64,000 nucleotides of DNA, from positions 81,535-145,534 of the forward strand of contig CAJFII010000005.1 in the NCBI GenBank assembly GCA_904381285.1, given 5' to 3'. The notes under the pieces were generated by a model. That model had not been told where the DNA came from. It saw only the letters and a program-made list of their open reading frames with translations, and ran no database searches. The position numbers and the translations under genes were made by a program. This document shows, piece after piece, positions 10,639 through 20,458 of the stretch (its first letter is position 1; the number at the start of each line of letters is the position of its first letter). The stretch is from an uncultured Clostridia bacterium (lineage in GTDB: Bacteria > Bacillota > Clostridia > TANB77 > CAG-508).

Positions 10639-11874
10639 ATGGAACTAAAGACGAAATATCAATATACATATTTTATATATCCGTATGTTATTAATGAAAA
10701 TAAATATGATAAATATTTATTAAAATTATTGAGCAATAAAAATATAGAAGTAAGATTTTTTGAAAAAGAAAAAGATTTAGATATATATTCGTATTTTTTA
10801 CCAACAATAAGAAAATTTATGTTTCAGGATTTTGAGTTTAATAAAGATAAAATTAGAAAATTTGAAGAATTTAATAAAGAAATGCAAGCTTTAATATTAT
10901 CTAAAAATTCATGTACAATGTTTGAATATAATCTAGGTCAAGATTTACAAGGAAAAGCGGGAGAAGAAGAAGGAATTTTCTTCAAAATTCAAAAAATGGA
11001 ATTAGTATGTTTTAATACAGGAATATGCTTCCTTGTGATAAAAACAAACATAGAAGATAGTACAGAATTTTCAGATGTATTAAATTTCAATTATAAATTT
11101 AGAGATATTTATTCTGAATTTAAAGAATTAAAGGAATATGAGAACATACGACTTCAAACAGCTACATTTAGTGATGTGAAAAAACTAAATGATATTATTA
11201 AAGATATAACAGGGAATGCAACAAATGCAAAAGAATTAGACATTAATACTAACCGTTTTCTAACATATGCATACACATGTATAGACCAAATGGATTGGAA
11301 TGAAACAAAACAATTTAAAAATATCGAATTTGAATTTTTCAAATATGCTAATATATTTCCAAGTTCATATAAATCAAATTTTGATAAAAAGCATATGGAG
11401 ATATTATCAAAGTGGAAATTTATTCAAACAGGTTTTACTAAAGAAGGAATGGCATTACTTACATCTAGTATAGATATTCATAATTATACTGTACTTCCAC
11501 ATGTATATGAAAACCAATATTTATATACATACATTTTAGTACAATATCAAAAAATATATTTGAAAAAATTAGAAAATGAATGTAAAGAAAAAAGTTTAGC
11601 ATCTGGGGCAAGAGAAAAATTTATTAAATTTACAAAAGAACTATGGATACAAGAAATCACAAATGATGATATAGGTACTAATATTTATAGAAAAACAAGA
11701 CATGTATGTGAGATAGAGAAAATTTATAATAATATAAAAAATAAATTTGATATAGCATACAAGGAGTTAAATATAGAAAAAGATAGTAAAATAAATAAAA
11801 TAATTTTGATTGCATTAGGAATATCATTACTACTTAATATAATTAATTTTATAACATTAATTAAAATGATGTAA
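10639..11874 (+). CDS. Hypothetical protein with a single C-terminal TM helix, translationally close-coupled to the WG-repeat gene
   Basis: 411-aa ORF starting 12 nt after the upstream stop with a GGAG RBS; C-terminal hydrophobic segment IILIALGISLLLNIINFITLI; no family recognised. Confidence 0.45.
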   Translation: MELKTKYQYTYFIYPYVINENKYDKYLLKLLSNKNIEVRFFEKEKDLDIYSYFLPTIRKFMFQDFEFNKDKIRKFEEFNKEMQALILSKNSCTMFEYNLGQDLQGKAGEEEGIFFKIQKMELVCFNTGICFLVIKTNIEDSTEFSDVLNFNYKFRDIYSEFKELKEYENIRLQTATFSDVKKLNDIIKDITGNATNAKELDINTNRFLTYAYTCIDQMDWNETKQFKNIEFEFFKYANIFPSSYKSNFDKKHMEILSKWKFIQTGFTKEGMALLTSSIDIHNYTVLPHVYENQYLYTYILVQYQKIYLKKLENECKEKSLASGAREKFIKFTKELWIQEITNDDIGTNIYRKTRHVCEIEKIYNNIKNKFDIAYKELNIEKDSKINKIILIALGISLLLNIINFITLIKMM

Positions 11875-11896
11875 TAAAGATAAGGAGACAGCAAAA

Positions 11897-12268
11897 ATGC
11901 AAATAACTTGTGGAACAGATATCATAGAAATTGAAAGAATAAAAACATCAATAGAAGATTTAAAAGAAAAATTTATACAAAGAGTATATACACAAAATGA
12001 GATATCATATTGTGAAAGTAAACACAGTGCAAAGTACCAACACTATGCTGCAAGATTCGCAGCAAAAGAGGCAGCATTTAAAGCAATTTCAGGAGCTTTA
12101 GGAAACAAATATGACATTGGTTGGAAAAATGTTGAATTAATAAATGATGAAAATGGAAGACCAAGAATTAATTTTATTGATATCAAAATAGAAGGATTAA
12201 AACAATGTGATATAAGTGTATCACATTGTAAAAAATATGCAGTAGCAAATGTTGTTGCTGTATTTTAG
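11897..12268 (+). CDS. acpS: Holo-[acyl-carrier-protein] synthase
   Basis: 123 aa; GTDIIEIERI.. and AARFAAKEAAFKA motifs typical of AcpS. Confidence 0.85.
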   Translation: MQITCGTDIIEIERIKTSIEDLKEKFIQRVYTQNEISYCESKHSAKYQHYAARFAAKEAAFKAISGALGNKYDIGWKNVELINDENGRPRINFIDIKIEGLKQCDISVSHCKKYAVANVVAVF

Positions 12269-12281
12269 AAAGGACTATAAA

Positions 12282-13065
12282 ATGGAATTATTTGATTCAC
12301 ACTGTCATTTAGATGATAAGAAATTTGATGAAGATAGATATGAATTAATACAAAATATATTTTCTTCTGGAGTAACAAGTTTTATAACAGCAGGATATAG
12401 TTTATATTCTTCCAAAAAAGCTTTGGAATTAGCAAAAAGGTATCCACAAATTTATACAACTTGTGGAATTTCACCAAATGATATAAACGAAAAAGTGGAA
12501 AACATACGGTAAAGAATTAACCCAAATAAAAGAAATTGCAAAAAACGAAAAAGTAGTGGCAATTGGTGAAATTGGATTAGATTATTATTGGAATAAAGAG
12601 AATAAGGATATTCAAAAACATGTATTTATAGAGCAAATAAAAATAGCAAATGAAATGAACTTACCTATTGTAATTCATACAAGAGAAGCGGTAAATGATA
12701 CTTTAGAAATTCTAAAACAAAATACAGTAAACAAAAAAGGAGTATTTCATTGTTGCCCATTAAATAGAGAACTTGTTAAAGAGGCATTAAAATTAGGATT
12801 TTATATTTCATTTGCAGGACCAGTAACTTTTAAAAATTCTAAAAATGCAAATGAAATAATTGAATTAGTACCACAAGATAAAATACTAATAGAAACAGAT
12901 AGTCCATATTTATCGCCAGAACCACACAGAGGAAAAAGAAATGATCCTAGAAATGTAAAATATATTGCACAAAAAATTGCTGAGGTAAAACAAATACCAA
13001 TAGAAGAAATAGCAAAATTAACTTATGAAAATACTTGCAGAATATTTAATATAAACAAAAAATGA
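12282..13065 (+). CDS. tatD: TatD-family metal-dependent DNase/hydrolase, interrupted at an in-frame CGG (12507-12509); intact only if read +1
   Basis: N-terminal MELFDSHCHLDD and downstream AIGEIGLDYYW, VIHTREA, ETDSPYL motifs lie in frames 0 and +1; the junction is AUA CGG UAA. Confidence 0.8.
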
Positions 13066-13070
13066 ACAGA

Positions 13071-13144
13071 ATTGGTGAACAAAGGGGACGTTCCTTAAAG
13101 TTCATATATATGAACTTTAAGGAACGTCCCCTTTGTTCACCAAT
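13071..13144. repeat. Perfect 37+37 nt palindrome between convergent tatD and lemA; carries the GGGACGTTCCTTAAAGTTCA repeat core in both arms
   Basis: ATTGGTGAACAAAGGGGACGTTCCTTAAAGTTCATAT followed by its exact reverse complement. Confidence 0.9.
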
Positions 13145-13146
13145 TT

Positions 13147-13707
13147 TTAGTTTTGATTTCCAAAATCAACTTTTACATTTTTTCTTGCTTCATCAGAATC
13201 TGTTTTAAATAATTCTTTTTCTTTAAACTTAAATAAAGATGCTACAATATTTGAAGGTACTACTTCTAATTTTGTGTTATACATTGTAACTGTATCATTA
13301 TAAAATTGTCTAGCAAATGAAAGCTTGTTTTCAGTATTTTGTAGCTCTTCTTGTAATGCTAAAAAGTTTGTATTTGCTTTTAAATCAGGATAATTTTCAG
13401 AAACAGCCATAATAGTTTTTAATGTATCAGTTAATTGATTATCAAGATTAGCTTTTTCTGCAACAGTAGAGCTGCTAGCCCAAGCTGTTCTTAATTCAGC
13501 AATTTTATTTAATGTAGTTTGTTCATGTTCCATATATCCTTTTACAGTATTTACTAGATTAGGAATTAAATCAAATCTTCTTTGTAATTGAACATCAATT
13601 TGACTCCAAGCATTTTCAACTTTTTGTCTTGCATTAACTAAACCATTGTAAATACTTATAACAAAAATTATTAATAATACAATGATTGCTAATATAATCC
13701 AAACCAT
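13147..13707 (-). CDS. lemA: LemA family membrane protein
   Basis: N-terminal TM followed by NGLVNARQKVENAWSQIDVQLQRRFDLIPNLV.., typical LemA; ATG at 13707 preceded by AGGAGG. Confidence 0.8.
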   Translation of the reverse strand: MVWIILAIIVLLIIFVISIYNGLVNARQKVENAWSQIDVQLQRRFDLIPNLVNTVKGYMEHEQTTLNKIAELRTAWASSSTVAEKANLDNQLTDTLKTIMAVSENYPDLKANTNFLALQEELQNTENKLSFARQFYNDTVTMYNTKLEVVPSNIVASLFKFKEKELFKTDSDEARKNVKVDFGNQN

Positions 13708-13880
13708 AATAATCCTCCTCATAATTAAATTTGATAAATATATAATAGCATAAAAAGAATACTTATACAATAGTTTATGTATATGAAAGTAAGAAAATGT
13801 AATAACAAAATAATAAAAAATACTTGTGCAAATCGAATTCTAGTGCTACAATGGAAAAAATGTCGAAAGGAGAGAGTTAA

Positions 13881-14756
13881 ATGAATGTATTAAATCTAGA
13901 TGATTTTTCAGTAGAACAAATAGAAAAAATACTTGATTTAGCAGAAGAATTCAAAAACGGAAAAAAAGTAGATTACCAAGGAAAAAAAGTAATATCAAAC
14001 CTATTTTTTGAACCATCTACTAGAACACATTATAGCTTTGATATGGCTGCATTAAGATTAGGGTGTAAAACACAAAATTTTGATGCAGGAAACTCAAGTT
14101 TAAAAAAAGGTGAAAGTTTATATGATACTGTCAAAACTTTTGAAAGTTTTGGAACAGATGCACTAGTAATTAGACATGTAGAAAATGAATATTATAAGCA
14201 GTTAGTGGGAAAAATAAAAGTACCAATACTTAATGCCGGAGATGGTACAGGAAATCATCCTTCACAATCATTATTAGACTTATTAACAATAAAACAAGAA
14301 TTTGGAAAATTTGAAGGATTAAAAATAGTTATTGTTGGAGATATAAAACATTCAAGAGTGGCACATACAAATATAAAAATAATGAAAAGATTGGGAATGA
14401 CTGTTTATACATCAGGACCAGAAGAGTATAGAGAAGAAGGATACAATTATGTCGAATTAGATGAAATCATTGACAAAGTAGATGTTGTTATGCTTTTAAG
14501 AGTGCAACATGAAAGACATGCAACATCAATGCAAGAAACAGTTGAGGAATATCATGAAGCATATGGATTAAATAAAAAAAGAGTAGAAAAAATGAAACCT
14601 ACAAGTATTATAATGCATCCAGCACCATTTAACAGAGGAGTAGAAATTGCAGATGATGTTGTAGAATGTGAAAAATCAAGAATATTTAAACAAGTACAAA
14701 ATGGAGTATATGTAAGAATGGCACTAATACATATAGCATTAGAAGAAAATATCTAA
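13881..14756 (+). CDS. pyrB: Aspartate carbamoyltransferase catalytic subunit
   Basis: FFEPSTRTHYSF, HPSQSLLD and HPAPFNRG motifs. Confidence 0.9.
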   Translation: MNVLNLDDFSVEQIEKILDLAEEFKNGKKVDYQGKKVISNLFFEPSTRTHYSFDMAALRLGCKTQNFDAGNSSLKKGESLYDTVKTFESFGTDALVIRHVENEYYKQLVGKIKVPILNAGDGTGNHPSQSLLDLLTIKQEFGKFEGLKIVIVGDIKHSRVAHTNIKIMKRLGMTVYTSGPEEYREEGYNYVELDEIIDKVDVVMLLRVQHERHATSMQETVEEYHEAYGLNKKRVEKMKPTSIIMHPAPFNRGVEIADDVVECEKSRIFKQVQNGVYVRMALIHIALEENI

Positions 14757-14830
14757 AAAGTATTGTACAAAACAAATATCTATGATATATTTTTATCATA
14801 GATATTTTAAAAAAGTAGAGGTGTAGCCTT

Positions 14831-15565
14831 ATGGAAGAAGAAAATATAGATAATGATAAGAAAACCATACTAATTGTTGATGACGAACAACACATTGTAG
14901 ATATATTAGTATATAACTTAGAAAAAGAGGGATATAACACATTACAAGCAAATGATGGTTTAACAGCAGTAGACATAGCATTAAGTAAAAAACCTGATTT
15001 AATTTTATTAGATATTATGCTTCCTAAAATGGATGGACTTGCTGTATGTAAAAGAATAAGGCATACATTAAATGTACCTATTTTAATGTTAACAGCAAAA
15101 GATGAGGAAATAGATAAAATTCTTGGATTAGAATTGGGTGCAGATGATTATGTTACAAAGCCATTTAGTGTAAGAGAATTGATGGCTAGAATAAAAGCAA
15201 ATCTAAGAAAAGCAGAAGCATCATTAATAGATGATACAATACAAGAAAAAAACGGAACATCTAACAAAATAATAGTAGGAGATTTAAGTTTAGATTTAGA
15301 TAAATTTGAAGTAAAAATAAAAGATGAAGTAGTAGACTTAACCTTAAGAGAATTTGAAGTTCTAAAATATTTAGCAAGTCAACCAGGACAAGTAATTACA
15401 AGAGAAGTTTTGTTAGAAAAAGTATGGGGATATGAATATTATGGAGACATAAGAACTGTTGATGTTACAGTAAGAAGAATTCGTGAAAAAATAGAAAAAG
15501 ATACATCAGCTCCTAAAATACTAATTACAAAAAGAGGAGTAGGATATTATATAGCATCAAAATAA
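14831..15565 (+). CDS. OmpR-family response regulator (WalR/YycF-like)
   Basis: Receiver domain (LIVDDE.., LDIMLPKMDG, TAKDEE) plus winged-helix C-terminus (LTLREFEVLKYL.., RGVGYY). Confidence 0.85.
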   Translation: MEEENIDNDKKTILIVDDEQHIVDILVYNLEKEGYNTLQANDGLTAVDIALSKKPDLILLDIMLPKMDGLAVCKRIRHTLNVPILMLTAKDEEIDKILGLELGADDYVTKPFSVRELMARIKANLRKAEASLIDDTIQEKNGTSNKIIVGDLSLDLDKFEVKIKDEVVDLTLREFEVLKYLASQPGQVITREVLLEKVWGYEYYGDIRTVDVTVRRIREKIEKDTSAPKILITKRGVGYYIASK

Positions 15566-15644
15566 AACAAAAAAAAATAAGGTCGAAGGTCAAAAAAGAC
15601 TTTTGACCTTAAAATACATAATAAAGAAATAAAGAGGAGAAAAA

Positions 15645-17091
15645 ATGGTTAAAGATGTACAATTAAAAATAATACTAATATTTGCAATTATAGCAACTGT
15701 TTTGATAGTTGGGATTAGTACATATTTTTTAGTAAATTTAAGGGATATTAACAATTTTTTATTAGCACAGAATTCTGATATACAACAAGTAACTTCTAAA
15801 ATAGCAGAAACAATAAATCAAGGAGGACTATTATCAATATATTTGGTGTTTGCGTTCTTAGTGATATCCATAGTAATAGCCATTTTTGTTGTAACAAAAA
15901 TAACTATTCCAATGAATAGATTAATTGATAGTGCAAGAAAAATTGCAACAGGTGAAGAAGTACGGTTTGGAAAAGGAAAGCAAAAAAAATAATAATAAAG
16001 AAGTGGATGAGATAGCTGGAACCATTGGAATGATGACAACAGAACTTAAAGAGAACCTAAATGAAGTATCAAGACAGAAAAAGCAAATTGAAACTATATT
16101 ATTACATATGACAGATGGAATTATTGCTTTTAATATGGATGGAAAGATTATTTTAGTAAACCCAGCAGCAACGAGATTACTTAGAATAATGCCGGAAGAT
16201 GAAAATTTTGAAAAAATCTTTAAAAAATTAAATGTAGATATAAATATGGAAAAAATTATCTATCTTGATGCTTGGACATCATCAGAAGAAAGAATAAGTA
16301 TAGGAGATAAACATATTAACTTGTTCTTTGCACCATTAAAAGATGAATCTGATAGAGCAGCAGGAGTTATGGTTATGATACAAGATATAACTGAGCATGT
16401 AAGACTAGATAATATGAGAAAAGAATTTGTTGCAGATGTATCACATGAATTAAAAACGCCAATTACATCTATAATGGGATATGCAGATACCTTATTAGAA
16501 GGAGAGTATGATAAGCAAACACAAGATAAATTTCTAAATGTAATTGCAAATGAAGCCAGAAGAATGGCGAAACTTGTAACAGATTTACTTGCTTTATCTA
16601 GATTTGACAATAATCAAGTTCAAGTTGAAAAAGAAGAATTCGATTTAGGAAATCTTGTAAAACAATGCCAAGAAAAATTACAACTAGAAATTGATAAAAA
16701 ACATCATCATGTAGAATGTTTTGTAACTGCTAATGTTCCACCTGTGTATGCAGATAAATATGGAATAGAAAGAGTTGTATTAAATATACTTACTAATAGT
16801 ATTAAATATACAAAAGAAGGTGGACATATAAAAATATATGTAGGATTTGTATATAATGATGCATATATAAAAGTAATAGATAATGGTCTAGGAATACCAG
16901 AAGAAGACTTGTCTAGAATTTTTGAAAGATTTTATAGAGTTGACAAAGCACGTACAAGAGATATGGGAGGGACAGGATTAGGACTTTCTATTGCTAAAGA
17001 GATATTAGATAAAAATGATGGCAGCATAGATATAAAAAGTGAACAAGGAAAGGGAACAGAAGTAGTAATTAGAATACCTACTAAAAAATAA
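15645..17091 (+). CDS. Sensor histidine kinase (TM-HAMP-PAS-HisKA-HATPase), interrupted at an in-frame CGG (15963-15965); intact only if read +1
   Basis: Two TM segments and the start of HAMP are in frame 0. DEIAGTIGMM, the PAS region, H-box SHELKTPITSI and GGTGLGLSI are in frame +1. The 0-frame stop is at 15990-15992. Confidence 0.8.
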
Positions 17092-17192
17092 ATTTTTATA
17101 TATTTATGTTTTACAACATTATTAATAAAAGTAGAGTTATATCTTGATAAAAATGTAATTCTAGGATATAATTGAAAAGATGATAGATAACC

Positions 17193-17864
17193 GTGAAAGG
17201 AAGTCTTAACAATATGGATGAAGAGAAAAAACTTAAAATAAAGGAAATTTTAGAATGGGTTTATTGTATTATAATTGCAGTTGTTTTAGCATTATTAGTA
17301 AGATATTTTATAGGAACACCTACAATTGTACAACAACCTTCAATGTTTCCAACTTTAAAAGAAGGTCAAAGATTAATTTTAAATAGAACAGTTAGAATTA
17401 CACATTCATTACCAAAAAGAGGAGAAATAATAACTTTTGAAGCGCCATCAAAATCATATTTTTCAGCAGCCGAGGCAGACTTAGAAAATCCAATTGCGGA
17501 ATATAATCATAATATAAATAATTTATTTTCGAAATTTAGATATTATGTATTAGAAATAGGAAAAGATAGTTATATAAAAAGAGTAATAGGATTGCCTGGA
17601 GAACATGTAAAAATTGAAAATGGAAAAGTGTATATTAATGGTGAAGAATTACAAGAGGATTACTTGGAACCTACAGTAGAAACAGATTCATTAAATGGAC
17701 CTTTTACAGACATAGTAGTTCCAGAAAATTGTGTATTTGTAATGGGAGATAATAGAGCACAAAGTACAGATTCAAGAAGATTTGGATGTATTCCACTAGA
17801 AAAAATAGAAAGTACAGTATGGATTAGATTCTGGCCACTTAATTTATTTGGAAAAGTAGATTAA
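17193..17864 (+). CDS. lepB: Signal peptidase I (S26)
   Basis: SMFPTL (catalytic Ser), YIKRVIGLPGE and GDNRAQSTDSRRFG motifs; the true start may be ATG 17214. Confidence 0.9.
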   Translation: MKGSLNNMDEEKKLKIKEILEWVYCIIIAVVLALLVRYFIGTPTIVQQPSMFPTLKEGQRLILNRTVRITHSLPKRGEIITFEAPSKSYFSAAEADLENPIAEYNHNINNLFSKFRYYVLEIGKDSYIKRVIGLPGEHVKIENGKVYINGEELQEDYLEPTVETDSLNGPFTDIVVPENCVFVMGDNRAQSTDSRRFGCIPLEKIESTVWIRFWPLNLFGKVD

Positions 17865-17920
17865 AAAATATAATTAAAATATCATTTTGGATTAATCAAG
17901 GAAAGGAATGCTATTAAGAA

Positions 17921-18808
17921 TTGAGTTTTGAAAAACTAATTGGAAACGAACAGGTAAAAGAAACATTAAATAATATAATACAAAATAATAATTTAACACA
18001 TAGTTATATGTTTGTGGGTCCAAGTGGAGTTGGTAAGACTTTATTTGCAAAAGAATTTGCAAAAATGATTTTATGTGATAGTAAGGAAACAAAACCATGT
18101 GGGAAATGTAAGTCTTGCATAGAATTACAAAATAATAACAATCCAGATTTGATAGAAATAGAACCAGAAAATGCTACAATAAAAATAGAGCAGATAAGAC
18201 AAATGCAATCAAAAATATTAGAAAAACCAATTATATCTGATAAAAAGGTATATATAATAAAAGATGCAGACCAAATGACAAAAGATGCATCAAACTGTTT
18301 ACTAAAAACATTAGAAGAACCACCAAGTTTTATTACAATTATAATGACAGGCACAAATGAAAGTTTATTTTTAAATACAATAAAATCAAGGTGTGTAAAA
18401 ATAGCTTTTAATAAGATACAAGATAATATACTTAAAGAATTTTTAGAGAATAATTATGGATTTACTATTAATGATAATATTTTAAAAGCTTGTGAAGGAA
18501 GCATAGAAAAAGCAATTAGAGTAAATGAAAGAAAACAAGAATATGAAGAAGCTGCAAAAATATTTTCAAATATAGAAAACTATAAATTACTTGATGTATT
18601 AAACAGACTAGATTTCATGTATAAAAATAAAGAAAACATTTACGAAATATTAGACTATATTAATATTATATTATCTAATAAACTGTTAAATAATCCAAGG
18701 TACATAAGATATATAGAAGCAGTAGAACAAACGAAAAAGAATTTAAAACAAAATAGCAATTATGATATGAGTATTGATAATATGTTATATAAAATATGGG
18801 AGGAATAA
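17921..18808 (+). CDS. holB: DNA polymerase III delta-prime subunit
   Basis: GPSGVGKT P-loop, CGKCKSC zinc module, LKTLEEPP motif. Confidence 0.8.
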   Translation: MSFEKLIGNEQVKETLNNIIQNNNLTHSYMFVGPSGVGKTLFAKEFAKMILCDSKETKPCGKCKSCIELQNNNNPDLIEIEPENATIKIEQIRQMQSKILEKPIISDKKVYIIKDADQMTKDASNCLLKTLEEPPSFITIIMTGTNESLFLNTIKSRCVKIAFNKIQDNILKEFLENNYGFTINDNILKACEGSIEKAIRVNERKQEYEEAAKIFSNIENYKLLDVLNRLDFMYKNKENIYEILDYINIILSNKLLNNPRYIRYIEAVEQTKKNLKQNSNYDMSIDNMLYKIWEE

Positions 18809-18812
18809 TATT

Positions 18813-19736
18813 TTGAAAGAAATTATAGGAGTAAGATTTAAAAGACCTGGAAAAATATATTTTTTTGATCCAAAGCACAATAAATTACAAAAAGGGCAAT
18901 ATGTAATAGTAGAGACATCTATGGGAGAAGAATATGCAGAAGTGGTAATAGAAAATAGAATGGTAAAAGAAGAGAAAATAGAAAATCCACTAAAACCAAT
19001 TATTAGAGTTGCTACATATAAAGATAAAAAACATTATGAGGCAAATAAACAAAAAGAAAAAGAAGCTTTTAATATATGTTTAGAGCAAATAAAAAAACAT
19101 AAATTAGATATGAATTTAATTGATGTAGAATATAAATTTGACAATAGTAAAGTATTATTCTATTTTACAGCAGATGGAAGAATTGATTTTAGAGAATTAG
19201 TTAAAGACTTAGCAGCTATTTTTAAAACAAGAATAGAGCTTCGCCAAATAGGTGTAAGAGATGAAATTAAAAGAATTGGTGGAAATGGAATATGTGGAAG
19301 AGAACTATGTTGTTGTTCTTTTTTAGGCAATTTTGAAACTGTATCAATTAAAATGGCAAAACAACAAAACATATCATTAAATCCATCAAAGATATCTGGA
19401 AATTGTGGTAGGCTGATGTGTTGTTTGAAATATGAACAAGAAGCATATGAAGAAAAATTAGCAAAACTTCCAAAAGTAGGAGCAATAGTTGAAGCAGAAG
19501 AAGAGGGAGAAGGTGTAGTTGATTCTGTTGAAATATTAAAGGAAAAAGTAAAAGTAAAATTTAAAGATAAGGATGGCTTTTTCTATAAAAAATTTGACGC
19601 AAAAGATTTAAAAGTAATAAAAGATGTAGAGGAAAAGGATGAAATATCTGGAATTGACAAAGAAGAATTAAAAGAACTTAAAGAGTTAGAAAAACTAGAA
19701 GAACAAGATTTAAAAGAGCAGGAAGAAGATATTTAA
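18813..19736 (+). CDS. ricT: PSP1 domain protein (YaaT/RicT, stage 0 sporulation related)
   Basis: IGVRFKRPGKIYFFDP.. N-terminus, Cys cluster GICGRELCCCSFL..GNCGRLMCCLKYE; TTG 18813 follows GGGAGG. Confidence 0.8.
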   Translation: MKEIIGVRFKRPGKIYFFDPKHNKLQKGQYVIVETSMGEEYAEVVIENRMVKEEKIENPLKPIIRVATYKDKKHYEANKQKEKEAFNICLEQIKKHKLDMNLIDVEYKFDNSKVLFYFTADGRIDFRELVKDLAAIFKTRIELRQIGVRDEIKRIGGNGICGRELCCCSFLGNFETVSIKMAKQQNISLNPSKISGNCGRLMCCLKYEQEAYEEKLAKLPKVGAIVEAEEEGEGVVDSVEILKEKVKVKFKDKDGFFYKKFDAKDLKVIKDVEEKDEISGIDKEELKELKELEKLEEQDLKEQEEDI

Positions 19737-19792
19737 AAGTCATAAATATTAAATTATATAAATAAGATGTAGAAATGAAGGAGGCGAAAAAC

Positions 19793-19963
19793 ATGGCATA
19801 TAAAATTACAGATAAATGTATCAGTTGTGGAGCATGTGCTGCAAATTGTCCAGTAGAATGCATATCACAAGGTGATGATAAATATGTTATAGACCAAGAT
19901 GCATGTATTGGATGTGGAACTTGTGCAGGTGTTTGTCCAGTAGATGCACCAGTTGAAGAATAA
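19793..19963 (+). CDS. 2x[4Fe-4S] ferredoxin
   Basis: CISCGACAANCP and CIGCGTCAGVCP motifs in 56 aa; ATG follows GAAGGAGG. Confidence 0.9.
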   Translation: MAYKITDKCISCGACAANCPVECISQGDDKYVIDQDACIGCGTCAGVCPVDAPVEE

Positions 19964-19971
19964 TATAAGAA

Positions 19972-20012
19972 AAGACGTTAACGAAATTAGAAATTTCATT
20001 AGCGTCTTTTTT
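19972..20012 (+). terminator. Rho-independent terminator after the ferredoxin gene
   Basis: Imperfect stem AAGACGTTAACGAAATT / AATTTCATTAGCGTCTT followed by a T7 run. Confidence 0.65.
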
Positions 20013-20188
20013 TCGTGCTGGTTTTCATTATTAGAATATATCTTACATAAAAAATTAAAAAAAGTAAAAAATATGTAAATATAAAAATTAGTAACATTAA
20101 TAAAAATATTGACACAATAGTATCAAATATGATATCATATATTTGGGCTGATAGGGGACATTTATTTCTAAGGAAAGGAGGAATAAAT

Positions 20189-20417
20189 ATGCCTGATATC
20201 AGTAAACTAATACTAAAGATGAAAAGACAACCTAATGGAATTAGATTCAAAGAATTAAAAAAAGTTTTAGAGTATAATGGATATATAATGAAACCAAGAA
20301 AACGGAACATCTCATAGAAATTTTATAAATAGAAATGGTGATGTAATAACAATAAAAGAAGAAAATCCATTAAAAGCGGTATATGTTAAAGATGTGCTTA
20401 GAAGAATAGGAGAATAA
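20189..20417 (+). CDS. hicA: HicA-family mRNA interferase toxin, interrupted at an in-frame CGG (20303-20305); intact only if read +1
   Basis: MPDISKLILKMKRQPNGIRFKELKKVLEYNGY.. in frame 0; GTSHRNFINRNGDVITIKEENPLKAVYVKDVLRRIGE in frame +1; the junction rebuilds the family K-G-S/T-H motif. Confidence 0.75.
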
Positions 20418-20458
20418 AGTTTTGTTTTTAGAATATACAATAAAAGGAGGTAGTATTT

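Noticed and set aside
13771-13880. PyrR-type attenuator upstream of pyrB
   Set aside because: No ARUCCAGAGAGG-like PyrR binding loop or terminator/antiterminator pair is visible. Only a plausible TTGTGC, 17 nt, TACAAT promoter and the RBS are present.
15586-15610. Hairpin AAGGTCAAAA/TTTTGACCTT between the response regulator and kinase genes as a terminator
   Set aside because: It has no downstream U-tract on the plus strand, and the two genes are expected to be co-transcribed. It may be an mRNA processing or stability element, but that is unsupported.
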